A DNA stretch of 31,388 nucleotides from an uncultured Candidatus Poseidoniales archaeon (GTDB lineage: Archaea > Thermoplasmatota > Poseidoniia > Poseidoniales > CAYMED01), in the NCBI GenBank assembly GCA_964389655.1, contig CAYMED010000007.1:1-31388 (forward strand), given 5' to 3'. The notes below the pieces were generated by a model. The model saw only the letters and a list, made by a program, of their open reading frames with translations. It made no database searches and was not told the DNA's origin. Shown here piece by piece: positions 1-8,344 of the stretch. A program made the translations under genes and the position numbers. Numbering within the stretch: the first letter of the stretch is position 1; each line of letters opens with the position of its first letter.

Positions 1-1011
1 ACAAGTTGTACTGTTTCAAACATTGCTGCATTGAAAGCATTGTCACGCCCAGGGGACAAAATCACAGCAGTATCTACAGCTGATGGGGGACACATCTCAC
101 ATGCACAAATGGGTGCAGTTGGCCTTCGAGGGTTGGATCTACACACTTATCCGTGGGATGAAGAAAGAATGGAGCCTGATGTTGAGGGTAGTGTGAATCT
201 GATCCGAGACATTGAGCCAAAGGTGGTTTTAGTTGGCCAATCAGTATTCTTGTTCCCAACGCCTCTTGAGGAAATCGCCGATGCTGCGCACGAAGTAGGG
301 GCGTCTGTCATGTATGATGGTGCACACGTGCTGGGCTTGATTGCTGGCCAGCAATTCCAAGACCCGCTCAATGAAGGTGCTGATGTCATGACTGGTTCGA
401 GCCACAAGACATTTCCCGGCCCACAGGGGGGCTTCTTGCTATCCGATAGCCAAGATGAAAAGCTCCAGCGGAAATTGAATTCAGCAATATTCCCTGGAGT
501 ATGTTCATCCTATCACCTGCACCACGTCGCTGGAAAGGCGACCGCACTTGCTGAGTTTCTTGAATATGGAGGAGAATATGCACGAGATATCGTTGTGAAT
601 GCGCGCACCTTTGCTTCTGCACTGGCGGATGAAGGATTTGATGTTCTAGCAGAAAGCCGGGGGTATACGGCATCTCATCAAATTCTAACTCGGCATGGAC
701 TGCCAGATTCGGGGGCAGGTAAACTGGCTGCTGAAAGACTTGAAGAATGCGGAATCATATGCAACATGAATATGCTTCCAGGTGACACTCGAGCAATGAG
801 GCCTTCTGGCTTGAGGCTAGGTGTTCAAGAAATGACACGAGTGGGAATGGGAACTGAAGAAATGAAGAATATTGCAACACTTTATCGAAGAGCATTGATC
901 GATCAAGAAAATGTGAAAATGGTGAAAAACGATGCATATCACCTGAAATCTGAATTTGAAACCGTTCGCTATTGTTTCAATCAAGAGGAAAGGAGTGGCT
1001 ATCCGCTCTGA
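1..1011 (+). CDS. glyA: Serine hydroxymethyltransferase, archaeal type (5'-truncated by window edge)
   Basis: GGHISH, YDGAHVLGLIAG, PLP-lysine motif SSHKTFPGPQGG, N.N.LP.D and PSGLRLG. The frame is open from base 1, so the true start lies upstream. Confidence 0.96.
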   Translation, partial: TSCTVSNIAALKALSRPGDKITAVSTADGGHISHAQMGAVGLRGLDLHTYPWDEERMEPDVEGSVNLIRDIEPKVVLVGQSVFLFPTPLEEIADAAHEVGASVMYDGAHVLGLIAGQQFQDPLNEGADVMTGSSHKTFPGPQGGFLLSDSQDEKLQRKLNSAIFPGVCSSYHLHHVAGKATALAEFLEYGGEYARDIVVNARTFASALADEGFDVLAESRGYTASHQILTRHGLPDSGAGKLAAERLEECGIICNMNMLPGDTRAMRPSGLRLGVQEMTRVGMGTEEMKNIATLYRRALIDQENVKMVKNDAYHLKSEFETVRYCFNQEERSGYPL

Positions 1012-1055
1012 TGCTACTGAAATAGACCCGTACTCACAAAAAGTTGCTAAAGCAG

Positions 1056-2891
1056 TCATGAATTTTCACAGAAATCATAGTCTGGGAGCATGGGAGGAAG
1101 AAAGAGGTCTAAACAAGATCGCTGAACAGTCGGGAGTGAGAGCAAACTAGACCCATCCAATGATATGAAGACGGGTTGCGTGCTTATTGGACTCGGAATA
1201 TAATCCTCTCCCGTCTGGGTGATTGTAAGGGTGATGCCATCCCCCTTAGGGATAACCACATCCATCGCGAAGAACTCCATATTTGCCAAAACAGTTTGTC
1301 CCGGCAGAAGAATTGTTCCTTCTGAACCGCCCTCATGGAAACGAAGATCCATCACAGCGTGACCGAGATGGATGCCATTGCTTGATTGAGAAATTTCCGC
1401 GAATAAATGGCCTGATGTAGCTGTTGGAGATATTGTTGCATCTATCGAAACCCTAGGCATTCCAGCAATACGCGTTTCTTTATCGAAACTGCGGCACTGA
1501 AGTACGGTTTGACTAGAGGATGTAATTATGCCATTTCCATTCACCAATATACAGTCATTGCTTCCTAGAGACATCGAATTCCAGACTAAATCCTCAGGAG
1601 GGTATTGACTCTCTACCCTCCACCCACCATGGTTATCCTGTATTTCAGCATGTAATCTAGGGAGCGGGCCTTTGCCCTTTAGGTAATAATCAAACCACTC
1701 TAGGAGGTCATCTGCCCAGTCCCAACGAACAGTATATGGAAATGCCTCTCCACCTCTCCCTATTTCAAGCAAGGCATGACTTGAATTTCGGTCTGGGTAA
1801 TCGTGGCCCCACTGCCCATACATCCCCTTGACCTCAAATTGGTGAGAGAGTAAAGTGTTGTGAGTGGGGAAGGCCATGTGAGGATCAACATTCCAATCTT
1901 GCATCCCATGAATAATATAGACAGAACCCTGATAATTTGCTATTGCTCTGCTAAGGAATTCCCTTTCTTCCCAATAATCACTCCCTGTCCATGCAAGATT
2001 ATCACCTGTTAGATACGCCCCGACTCCGGCATAATAGCCCTCCATATACCCCTCACAGGCATTTTCTGTATCTTCAAGGTCGCCGTCTAGTCCAAATGAT
2101 CCATAGACTCCATTGTGCATTATAGCCCCTCTTGCTTCCATGCTCCCATTCCTCCACATTAGTTCATGGAGACCAATAAGTCCGGACATGGGTACAATTG
2201 TAGATAGATATTCAGATCCAGATGCAGCCGCATTCCATGGAGTGGATCCATCATATGACTTGCCTATTGCACCTACGTGCCCATTTGACCAAGGTTGTTC
2301 ACCCAACCAATCAATTGCTGCTTTTATTCCTGCTTGTTCATCGAGTCCCATCAAGTCCATACAGTGATTCGATTCTCCTGTTCCAAAAACTGAGACCTGA
2401 GCAACTGCAAATCCGTGTGGGACAAAATTCTCGATCAAAAACCGACCAAGCCGCTCAGCTGGTGTCAGTGCATCAACATCACCATCTGCGTAATATGGCC
2501 CAATTTCAGCAATTACGGGAACTTTACACTCATCCATCCAATCAGTTGCATCAGCAGATGTGGGGCAACCATCCATCACTGGGATCCATAACCCCAGATG
2601 CACTCGAGCCTCACCAGTCAGTCCAGCACCACCATCAGAAAGCGTGATGGCGGGCACAGGGACATAGATTGAAGATACACCAGATATGGTGTGAATGCCA
2701 GTTATAGATACTCGGCTGAAGACGTCACTATCATCATACCAAAGACTGTTTCGCTCTTCCACTGGAAGTAACCAGTGCTCATCAGGGAGGGAATCTTCAG
2801 TTACTGAATGCCCAAAACATCCTGCGAAAAAGGTGGTGGGGATCATTACCACAATGAGAACAAGGCCAAATGAACGTGATTTTAGGAGCAA
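1056..2891 (-). CDS. CocE/NonD / Xaa-Pro dipeptidyl-peptidase (S15-like) serine hydrolase, probable lipoprotein
   Basis: Nucleophile motif GKSYDG, HGMQDWNVDP (Asp) and QWGHDYPD (His); WLGEQPWSNGHVG; hydrophobic N-terminus ending in lipobox-like FAGC. Confidence 0.85.
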   Translation of the reverse strand: MLLKSRSFGLVLIVVMIPTTFFAGCFGHSVTEDSLPDEHWLLPVEERNSLWYDDSDVFSRVSITGIHTISGVSSIYVPVPAITLSDGGAGLTGEARVHLGLWIPVMDGCPTSADATDWMDECKVPVIAEIGPYYADGDVDALTPAERLGRFLIENFVPHGFAVAQVSVFGTGESNHCMDLMGLDEQAGIKAAIDWLGEQPWSNGHVGAIGKSYDGSTPWNAAASGSEYLSTIVPMSGLIGLHELMWRNGSMEARGAIMHNGVYGSFGLDGDLEDTENACEGYMEGYYAGVGAYLTGDNLAWTGSDYWEEREFLSRAIANYQGSVYIIHGMQDWNVDPHMAFPTHNTLLSHQFEVKGMYGQWGHDYPDRNSSHALLEIGRGGEAFPYTVRWDWADDLLEWFDYYLKGKGPLPRLHAEIQDNHGGWRVESQYPPEDLVWNSMSLGSNDCILVNGNGIITSSSQTVLQCRSFDKETRIAGMPRVSIDATISPTATSGHLFAEISQSSNGIHLGHAVMDLRFHEGGSEGTILLPGQTVLANMEFFAMDVVIPKGDGITLTITQTGEDYIPSPISTQPVFISLDGSSLLSLPTVQRSCLDLFLPPMLPDYDFCENS

Positions 2892-3017
2892 GTCACATCA
2901 CCTCCCATATCCCTGAACATGAATGCCAAAGCACCAACTCTCAATAAATTTGGCAACCATGTTTTCATTCGGGGATAGATATTCATGCCGAGACAGGTAC
3001 CGGATAGGGGGAGACAC

Positions 3018-3539
3018 ATGGTATCTGCCATCCAGATCAGTGAAGATGGACTGGGTATGTTGTTTTCTGAATGTGAAGGCATGCGCGATATTGTCGCTTG
3101 GCTAGATGAGCAGAACTCGCGCCCGGGACTTACAGAATTGGACGCACATTTATCGTCGCTCAACGTAAACCTTGAGGGACTAAAAAAGCACATTCACTAT
3201 GCTGAGAGGGGATACCAACGTAACATCATCAAGAAAACAGAGCATTATGAAATCGTGGCCATCACTTGGCGAACCGGCCAAGGTACAGATATTCATGACC
3301 ATATCGGCTCAGACTGTGCATTCTTGATCGTCGAAGGTACTGCCACTGAGACAATCTACGAATTAAGCGATAACAATCTAGCAAAACCCATAGGGGTGCG
3401 TTGCTATGGTCTTGGTGATGTCTGCACGGCAAATGAGCCGGATATCCACCGAATTTCCAATGAAACGGACAAAAACCTCATCAACATACACATCTACATG
3501 CCACCGCTCTCCGAATTCAGCATCTATGACGCTGCCTGA
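3018..3539 (+). CDS. Cysteine dioxygenase (thiol dioxygenase, cupin)
   Basis: YQRNII, W..GQGTDIHDH, HRISN and NIHIYMPP match CDO motifs. Start moved from 2985 to ATG 3018, which follows a GGGGGAG SD-like sequence. Confidence 0.9.
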   Translation: MVSAIQISEDGLGMLFSECEGMRDIVAWLDEQNSRPGLTELDAHLSSLNVNLEGLKKHIHYAERGYQRNIIKKTEHYEIVAITWRTGQGTDIHDHIGSDCAFLIVEGTATETIYELSDNNLAKPIGVRCYGLGDVCTANEPDIHRISNETDKNLINIHIYMPPLSEFSIYDAA

Positions 3540-3567
3540 CAGCTTCACGTCAGAATATGAATGAGCA

Positions 3568-4848
3568 TTATGTACCCTCCATCATTTCCTCTAGGCGAGA
3601 GAGACCCAAGTCAACATTATCCATCGAGGGGCCAAAAGAAAAGCGCATCCAGTGATTAAATGGACTCATCCCTTTCCGCTCTCCACCGGGATTGACATCG
3701 AAGAATTCACCTGGGACGGTCATCACTTTTTTCCCAAGCGCCATCCAGAAGAAATCCATTCCTGTATTATATCCTGCAGGAAGGTTCTCAAGGCATCCCC
3801 AAATGTAGAACGTTGAATTTCCTGGAAGGCAACGAATACCCATTTTAGTAAGGCGCTCGACCATCATTGCCTTCTTCTTGGCAAATTCGGTGCGCAAGGC
3901 ACCTGTTTCGTGGTCTGCATATGCAGGTTCCAACGCACGAAGTGCAATCCTTTGTGTTACCCGGGATGGGCCACCATCAATCGCTGATGCTGCTCTTCCT
4001 AAAGTCCCGATGAGTTCAGATGGGCCCAACGCCCACCCAAACCTCCAACCAGGATAGCGAAACGATTTGGTTAGCCCATCGATGATCAAGACGGGATCGA
4101 ATTCAGGATCATCAACGAATTCAGCAGCTGACACAGGTCCAGATCCGGGTTTGCTTCCTTCGTAGATAAAGTGGGAATAGAACTCATCGAAAATCATCGA
4201 GCAGCCCGTATCACGCGCAGTTTGGCAGTAAGATGCAAGCGTGTCACCTTCGATGACATGGCCTGTAGGGTTGCAGGGGTTTGAAACCAAAAAGGCATCC
4301 AAATTTTCTCTCCTAACAACTGTATCAAATTCATCAGATGGAATTGAGAAATTGTTCTCTTCTGTTGTTGGGATCAAGTGATAATCACAGCGAGCAGCAG
4401 CATAATCCATCATGTCTTGATAAGCTGTGTAATCAGGGATCTGGTAACCGATTTTTCCTGATAGGGCCCCGAATACTCGGGACAACATCAAGCGCCCACC
4501 CTGAGCGATGCCCACGTTCTCGGCATTGTAGGGTTTCTTTCCACGCCGGTAGTAGCGATTGTAGTGCACTGCAACCGCTTCACGAACCTCATCAATGCCA
4601 TTCAGTGGTCCGTATGCTTGATCTTCAGGCTCAATGGCAACTGTGCGAATACGTTCGGGTGCACCAGGCATGTCCCCAATCTCTGGTTGTCCTTGGCCAA
4701 GATTGCACCATTCCGGGTTCCCATTCCAAAAACCGCGTTTGACGGCCTCGTCCACAACCCAAATCACCCCCATAAATGGTACATCACGCCAAGCGCGCAG
4801 ACTGCTGGTGTCTCTTTGCATGCTTTGAGGGGAGATATGAACGTCCAT
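3568..4848 (-). CDS. PLP-dependent aminotransferase class I/II
   Basis: NLGQGQPE, SNPCNPTG, DEFYSHF, PLP-Lys motif DGLTKSFRYPGWRFGW, C-terminal RFSFG. Confidence 0.92.
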   Translation of the reverse strand: MDVHISPQSMQRDTSSLRAWRDVPFMGVIWVVDEAVKRGFWNGNPEWCNLGQGQPEIGDMPGAPERIRTVAIEPEDQAYGPLNGIDEVREAVAVHYNRYYRRGKKPYNAENVGIAQGGRLMLSRVFGALSGKIGYQIPDYTAYQDMMDYAAARCDYHLIPTTEENNFSIPSDEFDTVVRRENLDAFLVSNPCNPTGHVIEGDTLASYCQTARDTGCSMIFDEFYSHFIYEGSKPGSGPVSAAEFVDDPEFDPVLIIDGLTKSFRYPGWRFGWALGPSELIGTLGRAASAIDGGPSRVTQRIALRALEPAYADHETGALRTEFAKKKAMMVERLTKMGIRCLPGNSTFYIWGCLENLPAGYNTGMDFFWMALGKKVMTVPGEFFDVNPGGERKGMSPFNHWMRFSFGPSMDNVDLGLSRLEEMMEGT

Positions 4849-4866
4849 GAGATTTAGGGCAAAACG

Positions 4867-5703
4867 CTACTCATCTTCAGCCTCATAACGCCTTGCCCGA
4901 TCACGCATCCATCGCTCATCGCCACCCACATGCCGAAGGGCACTGGTCCCATCCACAAATGCCCCCATCAACCGATGTGCTTCACGCGGGTAGGGCAGGC
5001 TCCGAAAAATAACGCGAGATAGAGTTCTTTTCACACCCACCCTTCTAGGCTCCACGCCCGGCAGTGCTGATCCATATGCATTCAAAGCACCTTTGAGCAT
5101 CCGTCGCATGATTGGATCCAATGGCTCCCTAGGAGGAACCACATTAGGTAATCCATCATCAATGCCTTGCCTCAACTTTACCCGTTCGCGATGGAACTCC
5201 CACAGACAAATCCCCACTGAATGGGACAAATTCAGGACGGGATAACCCTCCCATGTTGGTATTGTGAGGAGAAGATCGCATGACTCCAGCAAATTATGAT
5301 TCAACCCCACGCCTTCAGGGCCGAATACCAGAATTATTCGCCCACTTCCGCGTTCTGAAACATCAGAAACAAGATCCCAGGGGAGGATAAATTCTCGGAA
5401 TACAACTCTTTTTCCCGTTTCTCTTTTCCCAGAACTTCCTACGACCAGAGAGGCATCTGAAGTTGCATCATCCCATGTGTCGTATATCTTCGCATTTTCG
5501 AGAACTGATCGGGCATGTTTCGCACGCGAAAGAGCCTCTACATCGATTTCAGCTACTGGAGAAAGAAGGCGAAGGTCATTGAAACCGAGATTCATCATGA
5601 CTCTAGCAACGGCTCCGAGATTACCGGAGTTTTCAGTCTCAACGAGCAAAATTGTGAGATCCCAAGGGTTTTCCGGGATCGGGATATTCAATCTTTCACC
5701 CAT
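4867..5703 (-). CDS. trmJ: SPOUT tRNA methyltransferase, TrmJ/TrmH family
   Basis: LVETENSGNLGAVARVMMNLG, VFGPEGVGL, YPVLNLSHSV. ATG 5703 overlaps the upstream stop (ATGGGTGA); alternative GTG at 5712. Confidence 0.85.
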   Translation of the reverse strand: MGERLNIPIPENPWDLTILLVETENSGNLGAVARVMMNLGFNDLRLLSPVAEIDVEALSRAKHARSVLENAKIYDTWDDATSDASLVVGSSGKRETGKRVVFREFILPWDLVSDVSERGSGRIILVFGPEGVGLNHNLLESCDLLLTIPTWEGYPVLNLSHSVGICLWEFHRERVKLRQGIDDGLPNVVPPREPLDPIMRRMLKGALNAYGSALPGVEPRRVGVKRTLSRVIFRSLPYPREAHRLMGAFVDGTSALRHVGGDERWMRDRARRYEAEDE

Positions 5704-5923
5704 TAGTCCCACTACTCCAATCCGAGATTAAATGAGAGTCTACATCCTCATAAAGATACATGATCCATCCACCCAATTCACGATCTGGCATCGGAATGCT
5801 AAATCTGCCAACTCCATGCTCTCGGAGATATGTAGTAAAGGCATCTAGAAATTCACGTTCTTGAGCGCGCACCACAGGTGGATGAACTGATTCGTCAAGG
5901 ATGACTGGGCCGCCCAGTTCCAC
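5696..5923 (-). CDS. Hypothetical 75-aa protein inside the r-protein/trmJ operon
   Basis: Fills the gap between rps17e (3 nt downstream of its stop) and trmJ (overlapping start), on the same strand, with globular composition. Confidence 0.7.
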   Translation of the reverse strand: MELGGPVILDESVHPPVVRAQEREFLDAFTTYLREHGVGRFSIPMPDRELGGWIMYLYEDVDSHLISDWSSGTNG

Positions 5924-5926
5924 ACC

Positions 5927-6127
5927 TCAATCTATACGGGGGCGTTTCATCCGGCGAGTAACGTATCCTGCAATCCAATTTCTCATTTTTTTGGTCGATG
6001 ATGATAGATCAGTGCATTTTTCAACCATGGCTTTGTTGTGTTCAAAATCCGCATTGAATGCGTCAGGATGCTCCTCAATTAGCCTTAGTGCCCTTAATTT
6101 AATGAAAGAGGGACGGATATTCCCCAC
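5927..6127 (-). CDS. rps17e: 30S ribosomal protein S17e
   Basis: MGNIRPSFIK...F..DFEHNK...KKMRNWIAGYVTR; GTG start with GGAGG upstream. Confidence 0.97.
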   Translation of the reverse strand: MGNIRPSFIKLRALRLIEEHPDAFNADFEHNKAMVEKCTDLSSSTKKMRNWIAGYVTRRMKRPRID

Positions 6128-6129
6128 GA

Positions 6130-6420
6130 TTATGCCTCCTCTGCAAGTGTTACTTCTACGTCAAACCCGGCCTCTTCAGCAAAATCCTCGGGTAGGCGGC
6201 GAATGTGAACACGGATGCTGCGAGGTGGCTTTTGAATTCCTCTCGACCAAACTCTCTCATTGATATCTTGATCGAGGTAAATCCGATCAGATCCAACTTT
6301 GGCATGCCGAGAAACCTGCTTTCGGATTTCTCGAATGGCCCTAGGCGCTCTCCGGTTCCGCGATGTTTTCCACACATCACGAAGAGGTATGATAAGTTTG
6401 CTTTCTTCATCTCTTGCCAC
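6130..6420 (-). CDS. rpl31e: 50S ribosomal protein L31e
   Basis: IPLRDV...RAPRAIREIR...INERVWSRGIQKPP; GTG start after GAGGTGA. Confidence 0.96.
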   Translation of the reverse strand: MARDEESKLIIPLRDVWKTSRNRRAPRAIREIRKQVSRHAKVGSDRIYLDQDINERVWSRGIQKPPRSIRVHIRRLPEDFAEEAGFDVEVTLAEEA

Positions 6421-6424
6421 TCAT

Positions 6425-6580
6425 TCACCTCTGTAATTTTGAGCGGCGCCACTGATGGCGCTTCGAATGCTGTTGCATTTTCCTACCTGTTTTCAGCATA
6501 ACCCAAACAGGAACGCGCCGGTTTTGCTTAACGACTTTGAGGAGGCGGCGTTTTTTGGGCCCGGGTTTTCTGCTTGACAT
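6425..6580 (-). CDS. rpl39e: 50S ribosomal protein L39e (51 aa; below ORF-track cutoff)
   Basis: Manual translation [51 protein letters not shown], with L39e motifs KQNRRVP.WV and WRR; canonical position before L31e. Confidence 0.97.
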   Translation of the reverse strand: MSSRKPGPKKRRLLKVVKQNRRVPVWVMLKTGRKMQQHSKRHQWRRSKLQR

Positions 6581-6588
6581 AAAACCCC

Positions 6589-6939
6589 TCAGATTCTCCT
6601 GACACTAGGCCGTGTACGAGCGCTGTCGACCCCAGCAAGGATGCGCTTAAGACTTGCATCGTCAATTGGGACTTGTATGCGGGATTGATCGGCCAATTCG
6701 ACAATTTGATCGCGGATGCGGGTCCCTTCATCCGGGCGAGCCATCTCAACTGCTCGCAAGCGTTGGCGCGCCTCGACGGTCAACAAGGAACGTAATTTGT
6801 CCGCTTTGGCGACTTCAGCATCGTTTTCAGAAGTCTGTTTTTCAATCGCGGCCTGGGCTTCGACCTGCATTGCGGACAAGCGCTCTGCTCGAAGTCGCTC
6901 AAGTTCACGATCGGGATCATGTTCTACTGGACTCATCAC
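6589..6939 (-). CDS. PDCD5/TFAR19-like DNA-binding protein
   Basis: [10 protein letters not shown]...[19 protein letters not shown]...[10 protein letters not shown]; canonical position between S19e and L39e. Confidence 0.93.
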   Translation of the reverse strand: MMSPVEHDPDRELERLRAERLSAMQVEAQAAIEKQTSENDAEVAKADKLRSLLTVEARQRLRAVEMARPDEGTRIRDQIVELADQSRIQVPIDDASLKRILAGVDSARTRPSVRRI

Positions 6940-6948
6940 ATCCTCACC

Positions 6949-7419
6949 TCAGTAATTTGCCAGGCTCGGAAATTTCTCTTCCACAGAGCCCCTTACTGAA
7001 TGCGCCGTATTATCGAGCAAACTGTGCCCAGTAGGAGTAATACTGCGCCCAATGACTTTCTCAGTTCCAAGTTTAGTTTGTGAATATACAAGACCGGCGG
7101 CTTCCAACTGCTGAAGAATAGAACGAATCACGCGCCTAGAAGCGCGGCGAGTGTGAGTTGGTTTGGCCGTACGTTTGTGAGGCCCTCCGTAAAACAACGC
7201 CAAATGGTTCACCCCAATTGGTCCGTGAAGTGCTACTTTGCGAAGAATAGAAGCCGCACGTGTGTAATACCAATCAGGATCATCGGGTATGCGCTCACGG
7301 TCAACTCCAGTTTTGACATAAGGTGTCCATTCGGGAGATGTGATCGAACCTTGACTGCGTAGTGCCTCCGCAAGTGCGGGGATGAGATATCCCGCTGGCA
7401 CGTCATGGATAGTGGTCAT
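6949..7419 (-). CDS. rps19e: 30S ribosomal protein S19e
   Basis: MTTIHDVP, PEW..YVKTG, DWYYTRAASILRKV, IRSILQQLE.AGLV, GR.ITP.G.SLLD. Confidence 0.97.
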   Translation of the reverse strand: MTTIHDVPAGYLIPALAEALRSQGSITSPEWTPYVKTGVDRERIPDDPDWYYTRAASILRKVALHGPIGVNHLALFYGGPHKRTAKPTHTRRASRRVIRSILQQLEAAGLVYSQTKLGTEKVIGRSITPTGHSLLDNTAHSVRGSVEEKFPSLANY

Positions 7420-7453
7420 AGGATCAACCGCGCAGCCGTCCCACCGGCTCCCC

Positions 7454-7462
7454 CTATTTAAT
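7454..7462 (-). promoter_or_regulatory. Candidate TATA box for the rps19e operon
   Basis: ATTAAATAG on the minus strand ~35 nt upstream of the rps19e ATG; the main AT-rich tract in this divergent intergenic region. Confidence 0.45.
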
Positions 7463-7525
7463 TTGAATCAAGTCAGGCTGGAGAGCAGCGAGACGGTTTT
7501 GAAGGGATGTCCTGTCGCTGAGTTT

Positions 7526-8344
7526 GTGAAGCGGGCTCTAGCGCAAAATCCGAACCTTCTCCGTACACTCATTGGCCTGCTTTTGGTGCTGATATTGGTA
7601 CTTGGATATGCAGTTCATGCCGCAACGGTCAAGACGGAATATTTTGTGATTGAAACCACGAATTCACCCAAATCACCGGAAATTATCAATTTATCCACAC
7701 TTGATGATGGGGATCAAGCAATTCGAGGGTGGGCATTCTCTACAACAAATGCAACATCATGGATAAATGTCAGTTTGCAAAATGCCCCTCCAAACTCGAC
7801 ATTCGAAGTTTCTTCGGATTCGGAGGAGTGGTGGTCAGATGGACGATTGGGGGAGGATGATGCAGTTGCGTTCAACTGTCGTGAGCCAAGTGATACGTTT
7901 GTGCTGGTCTCTCGCTGTGAAGCCGCAATGACGCACAGCAAAGCCATTTCAGATTCTGGCACGGTAACTCTACGTGGGCTCGCATCACTTGAATTACCGC
8001 TAACGGGGATTGCAACTACGCGCTCGGACTCCCTTGCCGATGCAGAACAATATGCTCAATCTTTGATCGAGGTTGCAAACACGACTAGGGAATGGACGAT
8101 CACACTGACCAGTGAGACTAATACATCCTTTGATGGCATGATCATCACAGTAGAGATTGCCACTCACCAGGTTAAATCGGTCGAGGAATTTTCCGTTGAT
8201 CCCATACGTGAATTGGTATGGGGGGTGGCGGCGGTGATTGGTTGCTTTGCTGTCGCACTAACTCCAGCTTTCGGCATGTATTTCGCCTCACAAGCCCGCA
8301 TGCGCATGGAAAAATCTAGATTGGTGTTGCAGGAAAGCGAGTGA
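7526..8344 (+). CDS. Hypothetical membrane protein (N- and C-terminal TM helices flanking a beta-rich extracellular domain)
   Basis: Hydrophobic LIGLLLVLILVLGYAV and LVWGVAAVIGCFAVAL. The track start at 7382 overlaps rps19e, so in-frame GTG 7526 is preferred. The stop overlaps the next ORF (GTGA). Confidence 0.75.
   Translation: MKRALAQNPNLLRTLIGLLLVLILVLGYAVHAATVKTEYFVIETTNSPKSPEIINLSTLDDGDQAIRGWAFSTTNATSWINVSLQNAPPNSTFEVSSDSEEWWSDGRLGEDDAVAFNCREPSDTFVLVSRCEAAMTHSKAISDSGTVTLRGLASLELPLTGIATTRSDSLADAEQYAQSLIEVANTTREWTITLTSETNTSFDGMIITVEIATHQVKSVEEFSVDPIRELVWGVAAVIGCFAVALTPAFGMYFASQARMRMEKSRLVLQESE

Noticed and set aside
7382-7525. Extended N-termini in the ORF track (also 16138, 20082, 21822, 23075, 29598)
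   Set aside because: They overlap neighbouring genes or promoters; downstream starts fit SD/TATA spacing and family domain boundaries better.
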